Assembly: GCA_000934665.2 (NCBI GenBank)
Contig: JYFJ02004060.1
Location: 1-35,095 of the forward strand
From: Catajapyx aquilonaris
Taxonomy: Eukaryota
Length of the DNA: 35,095 nucleotides
Direction: 5' to 3'
This document shows, piece after piece, positions 17,518 to 35,095 of the stretch (the first letter of the stretch is position 1; each line of letters opens with the position of its first letter). A program made the position numbers and the translations under genes. The notes beneath the pieces were generated by a model. It was not told where the DNA came from and searched no databases. It saw only the letters and a program-made list of their open reading frames with translations.

Positions 17518-18570
17518 TTTTATGCACCTGTAATTGTGTAATTATTATCAACACGTCTATTGCCGCCGTCGTAAATCACTATATGTATAGCCTATAAGAT
17601 CATTGATATAGCTTTTCTGGATAAGTGCTGGATTGGCGTTAGAAATGGGTTTACGTTTCCGACCTTTTACAACAAATTTGCAATTAAACTATAATCTTCC
17701 CATAAACATTAAGTAAGAAAAAATGCCATGCAAGCTCATTTCATTATTAATAATAACACAATAAACGCCTCGCAAAGCCCAGATATTAATGGTTTCTTGG
17801 CATGAATATTAATACTGTAACATTAATCTAAAAGCTAATAAATATTGCCGGTTGGACTCACCTTAAGACACAAAGTTCTTCTGATGAAGAGAAGGCGGTG
17901 CAAGGCTATCTTTTTTGCGAATATTCTTCTTGCGCATGTTAATAAGTTGTCATGAAGTTGAGTAGGAGGCGTGACCAGTTCGCCTTGAAAATACGGTACC
18001 TAAAGTGAAGATGAAAAAAAAGTTCCATTTCGTGTAGTTTGGTGTGTTGTAAAATCTTGCCGGTCTGCTGTCCACAACATAATTATGTAGGCTATGCGTA
18101 AGTGGAATGAAACTAATTATTATGATTTGGAGTAAATCCAATAAATTCTCTTAGTCACAGCCTTTAATATCTATGCTTACATGCTGATGTTGACATGTAA
18201 CAATAGCCCAACAGCACTGGCTGCATAGCTGGTGTAAGGAGGAGGCGGGAGAGTTAAGGAGAGAGTGACACAAAATAATTAATTTTCACGCAGGTCATTG
18301 CAATTCGCAATGAGTACTGATCTACTGATAATACTGTACACGTATATTTGCCAACCCAATTATAGTATGGTAATGTGAGCTAGTGAAAGGAGTATCCGGG
18401 AGAGGTACCAATCGTTTTTTTTTAAATTGACATAAATCTACTATTATACAACATGATTGTGCAAAATAAGTTATGTAAGATGAATACATAATTCAATCTG
18501 CACAATTGTTTATTGCGGTTATTTGTCTTCCTTTCCAGAGTATTGATCTTAGTTGTTTCGCGTCAGATAT

Positions 18571-18837
18571 ACAACAACAACAACAACATCACGACATTTC
18601 CCTATGAGGGGTAGTCAGCGATGAAGGGAGACGCAAGCTAACCCAACATATGAACTATAAAACTCATGATAATAGACCTAAAAACAACCTGTCCCACCCC
18701 CCACCCCTGCCCACCTCAGACATCACCTTATCCTCAGACATATTTACCTATTTACCCATTAATTAACCTACGCCATTTACACCTATCCAAACAAACAACC
18801 CTAGCCTCATCCATGTCCATATATATGCGCAGATATG
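18571..18837 (-). mobile_element. Possible SINE or RTE-type retroelement 3' fragment with a (TTG)n tail
   Basis: (CAA)5-6 at 18571-18588 followed by a strongly C/A-skewed stretch, flanked by imperfect direct repeats cgcgtcagatat (18559-18570) and cgcgtcaaaatat (18838-18850) that could be a target-site duplication. Confidence 0.4.
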
Positions 18838-19637
18838 CGCGTCAAAATATCAAATGGACAAACTAATGGTACGACATGCTTACTATATGAGTTTATTACA
18901 ATAGTGGTAACACGTACACTGTAGCTACAGTACTTACAACAAGCAAAACCAGAAATAAATGCTGTCCACAAGAGAATAAATATTTATTATGCTACGTGCG
19001 TGCACTCTTTTTTCCAACGTCCTTGAGACAATCATGTCTGAATGTTACAGTGGAAAAACTTGATATTCGACAACGTCAGGATAATTTAATTTGCGTTTTT
19101 CTTCTCTCTTGCGGATCAAGCATATTCTCCACTCTGATGTCTTGCAGGCCAGACCTCCAATGCTCCATACTGGCATTTGAAATAATTTATGGACATTTAA
19201 ATAGGATTTGCAACTGAAAACACTGGAAGTTTGAAGTAAAGGTAATAATATACCGGTACCTAATCAGGAAGATGTGCACAAAAATGTTTATGAAATAATA
19301 ATTATAAAAAAATACTCAGTGGAGTACTTATAGTTTCTCATTTTCTGGCTGAACAAAATTGTTCCAATCACATATCCTAATAACAATGCAATAGTGACAA
19401 CAACTTGCTTTAATTGCAAGCAATTTTCGAACCGTCGTCGTATCTCAGAATCACTCAGACTTCTGATCGCTCTGCATATTATATTGTATATACTATCACG
19501 TCTTCTTATAAAGCTGATTCACTGTGTAGTAAGCTTTTTAAAAACTCCCCGTAGGCTCAAGATATCTAAGGTGAAGCTACGATGAAATAATGACAAAATT
19601 CGTGTATTTACATTTTACATACAATTTAAAACAGCCA

Positions 19638-21918
19638 TTACATCGTAATGTTTAATGTTGAAGACATCATGCCATTTTTTTGTTCGGATCCCCTGAATTG
19701 AGCCAGAATTATAAAATAAGTCGTGACTGTACCAAATATCTGCAAGAGGAGGAAAGTCTATCATAAATAACATGATCTGCATGTACACTGTGCGTCAATA
19801 TCAATACGTTTTGAGCATCGCACGACATAATATTGAGGCGCGACACTCTCAGCCACTTACTGAGGTGACAAGTCCATTGTTAATTGAGAATAAACCAGAC
19901 GCAGTTATCTGGATAGGCGGACCCAACATGAGCTGTATCATGGTGTTCACCTGCAAGAAAATTATGTAAGTTTTATAGAAGTTACTGTCTAGACCTATAT
20001 AGGAATGAAAGGGAAGATGCATCAGGCAGAGTAAAATAAAGTTATTCTCACGCTGTCTCTCTGGACGTGTTGTGGGAGCGAAGTGCGGATGCTCATTAGA
20101 TGACGCACGGATCTGGTAGCCTTTAGCAGCATCACCAGCATGTAAATGTCAAGAGAAAAATGTATTAGTCCTTATTAAATTATCCGCTATGTATATAATG
20201 ATATAATAAAAACGAATAAAAACGAGGCAAAAGTTGCACGCCACGTGATTCCAAGTCCTGCATCAGAGAAATGCTAAACGTTACTCTCTCATCTTAACTG
20301 AAGTGCATTTGCGGATCTATAAAAGATGATTATTTTCTTGTCGAATCCATTTAATACAGTATTACATAATTATGCACTGTGGTACGTTTCTAAAGCTCAT
20401 TATCCCCCAATGGATATGAGGAATCAGTTATTTTTCTATTATCAGCAACCAGTTTGAAGAAATTGGCACCAAGCGACTGTGATCCACGACGTTTTCAACG
20501 TGTTGTTTCTTTCATATTAAACCGATTACAGGGGTGAACAATAATAATTCATGTGTTGCATTAAATCGCACTTTACTTACTGTAAAAACACGTTGATTTT
20601 TTTTGAAAGCTTCATCGTGCCTGCGTGAATACCGAGATCGCAATGGCGTCACTATTTGTACTGTATTACGTATATGCAATTAAGGAAATAATTGCTGCAC
20701 GTGAAAAACACTGTGTATTTTCGCTATTTGTTGCGTGCAGCAGCTGTATAGGATGCAGTGTACTGTGCTATTTAACCTTGGTGAATACAAAATGAGCGAA
20801 TTGGCGATGTTTCAAGCTGGCACTGCATATCTTGTATTTTTCCTCCTCTCATGCCCGTTTAACTGAGAATAATATTATTTTCATCGATTACTTGTTTGAT
20901 CGCATGTAAATCATTGCTCATTGTAAAGTAGGGAAATGCTGTTTCTTTTAATACTTATTTTACTCACCTCTTTATGAATTTCTCCCAGGAGCATAGTGAC
21001 CGTTACAAGAGCCATCGTCTGTACGACAATGTGAGCAAAATTTGACAAAATGTCGACAACATCCTCTCCAATGAAAAAGCAATAGAACAATATCGTGGTG
21101 ATATCCATGAAGAAAGCTGCATATCTAACTGCCAAGACGATTCCGTACACTTCTCCAGCTTCCTCAGTCACGGCTTGAAGATCCATAAAAGTCTTGCACG
21201 ATTTTTCCAGACCAGAATTAGACTCTAGTTTTCCTCGATTCATATGCAAATCATCGTGTACTGAACGTACGGTGGAATTAACAGACGCAAAGCATCTTTT
21301 GATTGCCAGAGCGAAAAAAAGCAATTGTGTAATCGGCAAGTTTATAATGAAGCTGCTGTACGTCAGCAAAATAAGAAGCGAGATGTCTCCCAGGTTTGCG
21401 TCCCTCAAATACAAAGTCAGCTCAACCCACGCTGCGAACACCATACCGCACATGAGCACCGTACCGGCTATAAACACATACGTGTACCTTCGCAACGTAC
21501 GATTCGTTTGCGACGAAAGCAAATCAGAGGCCAGCAGGCAAATTCGATCATGCAATTTGCACCTTCCTGCAACCTTCCTCTGCACCAGCAAGTACACCAG
21601 CATGGGACACACCAGTTCGGCCACAAACAACACTCCTTCGCTGTACAACGCTGTTTTCGCGGATGTTGGCAAGGTCCTCCACTCTCGAGGAAGTTGCACG
21701 ATGCAGTTGACATACAGGGTCAGCAGCACCACTCCGTTCAAAAATGCAGGCCAGTGTCGGTGCCAGCTTCTTCTGGTTTGTCTCGGAGGGTATGCTGGGA
21801 ACATCCCTCCGATCCTGGACACCACTGCTATCGGTTGAAACGCCCATTCTAGTGACAATCCAGGCTCTCCAGAAGTCCAAGCACTCCTGGGAGTCTCACT
21901 AACGACGCCTTCCAGCAT
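19638..21918 (-). CDS. Gustatory receptor GR-b, ~403 aa
   Basis: Exons 21918-20968, 20120-20052, 19950-19861, 19739-19638, phase-0 GT-AG introns. C-terminus ...ITASGLFSINNGLVTS|IFGTVTTYFIILAQFRGSE...; first in-frame ATG at 21918. Confidence 0.9.
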
Positions 21919-22141
21919 GTCTCTGGTGGCTGTCCTTTCCTGTCGATTGCCATGCAAAAAGGCTTTTGATTAATTTAGTATCACTTGCTGTTTCATGATG
22001 ATCTGACCAAACCATTTGGTGTTAATTTGGCTAAGTAGATAGTGTCGTTGAACTCGGCAGGCTTCCTAGAATTAGTAATTATTTCATAAAGGCGGTGTTG
22101 CATGATCCGAACTTGCAGGTCACGAAGGGGCCTCATTGTGA

Positions 22142-23463
22142 TTATTCGTGATACTCAGACCCTCTAAATTGGGCCAGAATAATGAAGTAAGTTGTGATTG
22201 TTCCAAACAACTGGAATGAGACATGTAATGATGACATCAGGAGTTTGCAAGTATAAAGTGTGTTACTTACTGAGGTGATTAATCCGTAATTAATTGAGAA
22301 AAAGTCACACGGCGCGATTTGCATCGGAGGGCCCGTCATTATCTGAATCATGGTGTTCACCTGCAACAGACATAATTACATGCGTAACTAATTACATGAG
22401 AACAGTAACATCGCCTACCTGTTTCTTGTGAACTTGATTTGAAGTTATTGTGCTCAAGAGCAGCAAGTCTCCAAGACTCTCTGTCGCCTGCAATAGATGA
22501 AAACGTATGTTCCAAAGTGATTTAGTACGCAGAAACTGTACACCTTACCGTCTTTGGAATTTCGCCGATAAGAACGGTGAGAAATATGAGAGCGATCGTC
22601 TGCGTAGTTACGTGAATAGAATTGGTCGCAAGGTCGATTTTACCTTCCGCAATAAACGCGGTGTAAAACAGTGTCGAAATTATTTCTGTCAAAAAAGCCA
22701 CGTATCTAACTGTCAGGATGATTCCATAGACTTCTTCGACTTCTCCAGTGACATTGTGCATATGAATGAAAGCTTTCCTCGCATCTTCAATCCCTTTCTT
22801 TGCATCAATCGTTTTGATCAATCCAGATCGCGAATCCTTTAACACCGAATGTATCAGAGAGTTCACCTGTTCAAATCTGATTTTGACAGCCATTGCAAAG
22901 AATATCACCTGAATCACAGGTATGCTAGAAATGAAGCTGCTATGAGTGATCAGCAGTATCAGAGCAACATCTCCGGAACCGGAAGACTCGTCGCTAAAAG
23001 CAGACTGGATCCAAGAAATGAACGTGATGGCTGTGAGGACTACGCTTCCAATAGACAGTAGATAAGCTCTGTTTCGTAGTGCCCTGTTGATAGGCTCGAA
23101 GAACCGCAGGTCAGAGTCTATCACGCAAATGCGTGCAAGTAGATCGCAGATGGCAGCGATTTTCCTCTGAATTAGTGCGTAAACTATTAGAGGACACAAG
23201 AGCTGGGCCGTACATATGACCACTTCGTTGGTCACGGCTGTTACGGTTGCATGTTTCAATAAGTGCCTCCATATCCTAGGAAGGCTAACAAAGCAGGTGA
23301 TGTAATAGGTAAATACCAGAGCTCCGTTTATGAACGTAGGTAAAAAATATTTGCACCGACTCTTCGAACGTGGTATCGGAATTCCTCCAGCACTTGATAG
23401 CACAGCAATAGGTTGAAAAGCCCATTTCACAGACAGCTGCTCTGTTGACCTCCGACCTGCCAT
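22142..23463 (-). CDS. Gustatory receptor GR-c, ~380 aa
   Basis: Exons 23463-22549, 22487-22419, 22360-22271, 22210-22142. C-terminus LFGTITTYFIILAQFRGSEYHE*. Shares WAFQPIAV, VNTMIQ and QFRGSE with GR-b, its closest paralog here. Confidence 0.92.
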
Positions 23464-24588
23464 GGCGGCTATGCACTGCGATAGAACTTGAGAGACTGAA
23501 CGCACAATAGGACTTAAAATGAGCGTGTTTTGTGCTGAGTGACATCGATTAACCTTAATGCCCTCGGGAATAATGCTTTATTATTAATTTTTTTGCACGG
23601 AGTCGCCGCATGACAAGTTGTACTTTCATTTCGCTTATTGAGTGTGGACATTGATCATTTTGAAGGTTTGCTCCACAAGTGCGCATTTAGCACAGTAGAC
23701 AACCGGTCACTTGCACAAATTATCATACTTTCAATGTGGCAGGGTGTGAAAATAAATCTGCAAGAAATTAAATCACGATATTTATGGATTTACCCTCTTA
23801 TTACGATATTTAACAAAATATCATCTGAATAAGTTAAAAACTTGAAGGCAAAAGATCAGCGTTTTTGTCACGTAACACTGTATTTTTTGTGGACTATAAT
23901 GTAGGCTATAGTCTTAGCTTGTGACACAAAACGTTAACCTGAAAGTTAATTGCGTTATTTCGTGTTTATTTTCAGAGCTTCTCATGCTAATGATTATGTA
24001 ATCAAATAGCTGATGTGCAAATAAAGAACCGGCTTTACAACTTTGAGGAAGTTGGTAAATCAGGCTCATGACTGTTTTCTTTCCGTACTGTAATAAATTG
24101 CGAAACATGTGTATTGCATAAAGTTGTTTACTGTATTTGCTTGTTTTCGCTTATAGTTGATGACGTAAACAACTAATGCAGCCAGATATTATTATTATTC
24201 GTCCTCACCTATCTTTCAAAAAAAAAAAAGTGATGACACCTTCAGCGAAATATGAAGGCTCCTGGATACGACAAAATCCGCAACGGTTTTCACTGAGAAT
24301 ATTATTGTAGTTCAGAGCTATTTGCAGTAACATCTTTCGTCGTCGTTCCTTCTGTTCTCTCTCATTTTTTTCCCCTCTAATTATTATTTCTAATTAGGAA
24401 TATTGTGATGTCTAGTGCTGCGGAGGTATTGTGTAAGATGATGACCCTGTTACACCGATGTATACCTCAAGATTTCCCGGGCGACTGAATGAATTCCAGG
24501 TAATTGCGTGGGTTCATTTGGCCCCCCAGGTAATATGCGACCTTTTTCTGACACGATCTGTGATCAAAGTTAATTACATGCTATATAC

Positions 24589-26294
24589 ATGACATTTCGA
24601 CATGAAACAGGAAGACATTCGGAAGCCATGGACCGACCTGTCAACCGTGCGGGAGTCATCCTTCCAGTGAAAGAGGCGGACAACACCCACAAAAATGGGA
24701 ACGAAAAAGCATTTTGGAGCGTGTGCAGACCTCTGGCCATACTGTCAGTCGTCGGAGGAATCGCGCCGTACCCTTGGCCTCGACGAGAAGACGACGTCGA
24801 TTGGAAGCTACGTCGACGCTGGCCTACACTCATTCACTTCATACTGCTAGTCACATACGTGATATCATTTTCATACCAGGTATGGTCAGAAGATGCATTG
24901 TCGTTGTCGTTGTTGTTAGATCTAATTATTGGCAGGCTCCAGAAGAGTGGATAGCCAGCCAATCCATGCATGCCACCGAAAGAAGCACCTTCATCACCTA
25001 CGAAGTGATGTCGATGGGAGGTCCATGGCTCAACTTCTTGCTGGTCCAGCTGAAGATTGGGCAGGTTTGGAAGCTGCTGCATCTCCTGTCCCATCTGGAT
25101 GTCACCAGGAACAAGCGACAACTGCGGATGTTCTCCAAGGGTCTGGTTGTGGTGACACAGGTGTTTCCATTGATCAGCTTGTCTCGACAGGTTGTGAGAC
25201 ATGCGTACCGTGGAGACCTCTTCCATCCATGGCAGGTCTTCTACATGGTGTTTGAGTACCACTGCGCGTTTCTGCTACAGCTGATCCCAGTGCAGATCAT
25301 GTTCATGGCCATTGTCATACGCTGCTGCTTGAAGAACCTGAACGACATGATAAGCGGGATCTGTCGACAGTTGGCATCGTCCATCAAGGATGGTCAGAGT
25401 ACGACAGCTGTTGACACAGCAGGCCTTTCTAATGCCGCGGACCAGTTTTACGACTTGTGTGACTTGGTGGAACAAGTGGATGACACTTTTGGAGTGGTGC
25501 TAACCTCAATCTATCTCCTCTATGTTGTCATAACCACGAGCTGTCTCTTCTATTTTTTCATCATCTCGCCTGATGGGAGGAAGACCTACTTGGTATTCTT
25601 CGCATTTGCCATTATAATCATAATTGTCAAAGTTACAGCATTCACCGTGGCTCTGGGATCAATTCCAAGGCAGGTAATGGATTTTATTTATTCATTAGAC
25701 TCTCAATTCTTCAATAGTATTGTGCCATGATTTATAAGGTGATTACAAGCCTGTTTCTTGCAGAGTACAACTGCATTAAAAGATTTGATACGGATCAGTC
25801 GTTTGGATATTAAACCAGAAATCTTCCGAGAGGTATGGAAGAGGACAAGATGTACTATATCGCTCAAGAAGATGGAGACAATTTTGCATTTGGTTTCAAT
25901 ACAAAATCGTCTCTTATCTTTTTGAGTGATATAGTACCGTATTGCTGACCATTGCTGGGATTTTGCAAATCATTAAGAGTGCCGTGTCAAATGGCTTTGT
26001 CACAGAATACACTTACATACATTTACTTTCAGGTCCAGGCATTAATTTACAAAATGACAAGCTCACCAATAGAGGTCACAGCAGCAAGTTACTTTTCTGT
26101 CAACAGAGGCCTGTTGACGTCTGTAAGTTGGTTTGTAGCCTCCCACACCACTGCATCAAACTAATTTTTCTGATCGCAATATTTAGGTTGTTGGAGCCGT
26201 GGCAACATACCTGATTGTTCTAGCACAGTTCGAGGAAGCAGAACAGCCAAGTGCTTTAACCAATGACTCGCTATCCTCAAGTGATGCTGTGTAG
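24589..26294 (+). CDS. Gustatory receptor GR-d, ~431 aa (418 aa from ATG 24628)
   Basis: Exons 24589-24879, 24936-25673, 25764-25832, 26033-26122, 26187-26294. A 56-nt intron joins the two overlapping ORFs of the track. C-terminus ...TAASYFSVNRGLLTS|VVGAVATYLIVLAQF... Confidence 0.9.
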
Positions 26295-26711
26295 TAAACA
26301 GTAGTACAATGTGACATTCTCTGTGCTTACCAGTTCGTACAAACTCATGCAAAATTAGGAAGAGCATGACACAGCACATACATAGCTAGCCGTGCAAAGT
26401 CCAGTAACACTGTTGTTATCGTGTACATTGCATTATGGGAAAACAAACATACCCTTGATGCATTTTAGGTTTTTCCCCACCAGCTGCGAGTAGAGACCAT
26501 GAGAAGAGCAGGGGACAGTGGGAGTTGGTGTGCGAAATTGGCAGTGAAAACAACCTGCAACTATGTTTCAAAGTAAAACCAATGCAAATGATTGTCACAA
26601 TATTGCCAAAAACATTTGTTTTCCAAATATCTTACATGAACAGTAAAAAAAGCATGAACATGATTACAATTCATTGATTTGTACCCATGAAAAAATCATT
26701 TTAAGTAGGTT

Positions 26712-32831
<6,120 letters not shown>

Positions 32832-32856
32832 CTTTGCCAACCGGTTCGAATTAGAC

Positions 32857-33449
32857 TATCGATATATCGATGGTTTACTTGCGGGATATCGATATATATC
32901 GCCACTTCCACATATCGATAGTATCGGATATCGATGGCCAGCAGTATCTTTCGCAGTTTCAGTTTCTCTAGTAAAACTTTTGAATTAAAAAAAGTCTTCA
33001 ATTACTTTCTGACTCGCCCTCGTAGTTAAGATGGTAGTGAAAAATTAAAAATTTTCAGTCAATTTTACAAGTTGCATTTCATGCCCAAGATCTCAAGAAA
33101 GTTACAAATAATGTAGTATATGCAATTATATTTCTCCTATGATTTTATTCGATCACCATCACTTAACCTGCCCCCAAATATTAATTTATCCTTCCTAAAA
33201 AGTAAAAACATCTCGAAGCAAATCTTGTGTAAATAAGCAATGCTAAGCATGACAGAATGAGTGGCAGCCCCTTGATGCGTAATGTGTCTTCTGATGAGCT
33301 GAAATCACTGTAATGTGCTTCTTTCTAATTTTCATGAAAATATCGATATAATATCGATAGTTGGGGTAACTATCGAGTACTCAATACATCGCTGGGTGGA
33401 AATATCGATATATCGATACTTTGTTGAAAATTCCAACAAAGTATCGATG
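32857..33449. promoter_or_regulatory. Two clusters of DRE (TATCGATA) motifs upstream of the CPSF3 start codon
   Basis: Perfect TATCGATA at 32857, 32887, 32913, 33341, 33352, 33403, 33411; TATCGATG at 32865, 32929, 33442. The nearest is 26 bp from the ATG. DRE is the DREF-bound housekeeping promoter motif in Drosophila; function here is inferred. Confidence 0.6.
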
Positions 33450-33584
33450 TTGCCAGGTTAATATTTCCAAATTTTTTTCTTTTCAAAATAAAACCCTTCA
33501 TACTGCTCCGAGTAGTTTGTAGCAGTAATTTTTACTTGCTGTTCCATGCAGTACTTGCTTGAGTAAGACCTGTGGTACAGCTGC

Positions 33585-35095
33585 TTAATCAATGACTCGC
33601 TATCCTCAAGTGATGCTGTGTAGTAAACAGTAGTACAATGTGACATTCTCTGTGCTTACCAGTTCGTACAAACTCAAGCAAAAATAGGAAGAGAATCACA
33701 TCGCACATACATAGAGCCGTGCCAAGTCCAGTAACGGTGTTATTGTTATCGTGTACATTGCATTATGGAAAATAAACATGCCCTTGAAGCTTGATGCATT
33801 TTACGTTTTTCCCCACCAGCTGGGAGTAGAGACCATGAGAAGAACAGGGAACAGTGGGAGTTGGTGTGCGAAAATGGCAGTGAAAACAACCTGCAACTAT
33901 GTTTCAAAGTAATACCAATGTAAATGATTGTCACAATATTGACAAAAATATTTGTTTTCCAAATATCTTACATGAACAGTAAAGAAATCATGAACATGAT
34001 TACAATTCATTGATTTGTACCCATGAAAAAATCATTTTAAGTAGTTTCTATCCAGCAGTCTTCAGAGTCTTGCATGGTGACAGTGATTGGTGCAGCTTGC
34101 TAACTGCAGTCTGGACAATCTGCTGGAAAATTTCATCATCTTCACACTTCACCTCCTGAAATGAATTACACAAAATATGAGCCCCATGGATGCAAAAGGG
34201 AAGGTTAATCTGTCCCCCCAATGAAGAAGACCTCTCACCAGTGTGGCCAAGTCGATATTGGCCTTCTTCTTGTCAACTGTGACGTAGAGCTTCTCCCCCT
34301 TGAATATCTTAGGGACGGAATCCTCTCCAAACATGTCCTGCAGCATCTCAATCAGACACTCTTTGAAGTGCATGCGATCCAATTTGGTGGGACCCAGCGG
34401 AAGGTGCTTCGGAGCATCAGTGAGGGACTCTGCATTTAGGATGCCCACAAGAATGGTGTCTGCATACATGTCGTTCACTGGACTCGCCACCCACTGTAAT
34501 AAAGAATTAAAATCACATTTGGCTCAAATATGAGTTAATCCGTGACTGTGTAGGCACAAGACACACGGTTGGATTTAATTTTTAACCAAATTCGGCACAA
34601 TGGAATGGGAGATAGAGCTACATGATTTAGCTCATTTAGCCCATTGTCATGACAAGAGGCAGGAAAGATGACCGCCAACTCATGATGCAGGCTTAATTAC
34701 CTCCCAACAGCTACTTTCATAAAATGCGTAATTGCTAGAAATGTTCTCCAAAAATACCTCAAGAGTGACCATGTTGTACTCGTGAATGACATCAATGCAT
34801 CCAAACACCCTGTAAACTTTCTTGTCACCTTCGACCATCTCAACATCACGTGAATACATGTGAAGCACGTACTGCAACAGTTGAGAGCTTCCCTTAAAGT
34901 GGATGCTCTGGCGCTGCGTCACTATACTCATTGTCATGTCCGTATACTCTGAAAATGCAATTTGCTAGTTACTCTATTGCACAATTCCATTTACATGGAT
35001 CAAATTACTTCAATAAGCATACTTACTTGGCAAGTCAGCAGGTGCCATCAAGTGGTAATTAAAGTTTCGCTTAACCAAAATCCCTGAGAGCCTGT
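33585..35095. repeat. Direct duplication of ~26255-27760 (offset ~7.33 kb), continuing off the window
   Basis: caatgactcgctatcctcaagtgatgctgtgtag occurs at 26261 and 33590; near-identity continues to the window end, with scattered substitutions and indels in non-coding parts. Confidence 0.97.
34048..35095 (-). CDS. CPSF3: Second CPSF3 copy, 3' portion only (5' part outside the window)
   Basis: Exons >35095-35027, 34948-34758, 34493-34239, 34155-34048. Splice sites and stop are intact. The only coding differences I found versus copy 1 are two synonymous changes. Confidence 0.88.

Noticed and set aside
21194..21880. Long alternative-frame and antisense ORFs (214, 175, 110 aa)
   Set aside because: They are shadows of GR-b exon 1 with no recognisable motifs.
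24589..25730. Apparent frameshift or pseudogene in GR-d
   Set aside because: A canonical 56-nt GT-AG intron restores the frame; kept as an intron-gain finding.

Overview
Eukaryotic arthropod DNA (probably insect or other pancrustacean) with short GT-AG introns. I spliced the genes by hand, and all seven complete models stay in frame. Gene order is: a transposon-rich first ~3.3 kb; gustatory receptor GR-a (+); two tandem ABCH-subfamily half-transporters (-); GR-b and GR-c (-); GR-d (+); a complete CPSF3/CPSF73 gene (-); and the 3' part of a second, near-identical CPSF3 copy 7336 bp further along that runs off the window. The most notable observations are: a GR array interrupted by an ABCH pair; a CPSF3 duplication whose breakpoint lies inside the last GR-d exon; a 223-bp GR-c/GR-b spacer with no canonical poly(A) signal; an apparent gene-conversion tract in ABCH exon 2; an extra intron in GR-d; dense TATCGATA (DRE) clusters at the CPSF3 start; and several foldback/MITE insertions. 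No prokaryotic systems, CRISPR arrays, rRNA or tRNA were seen. No database searches were run.
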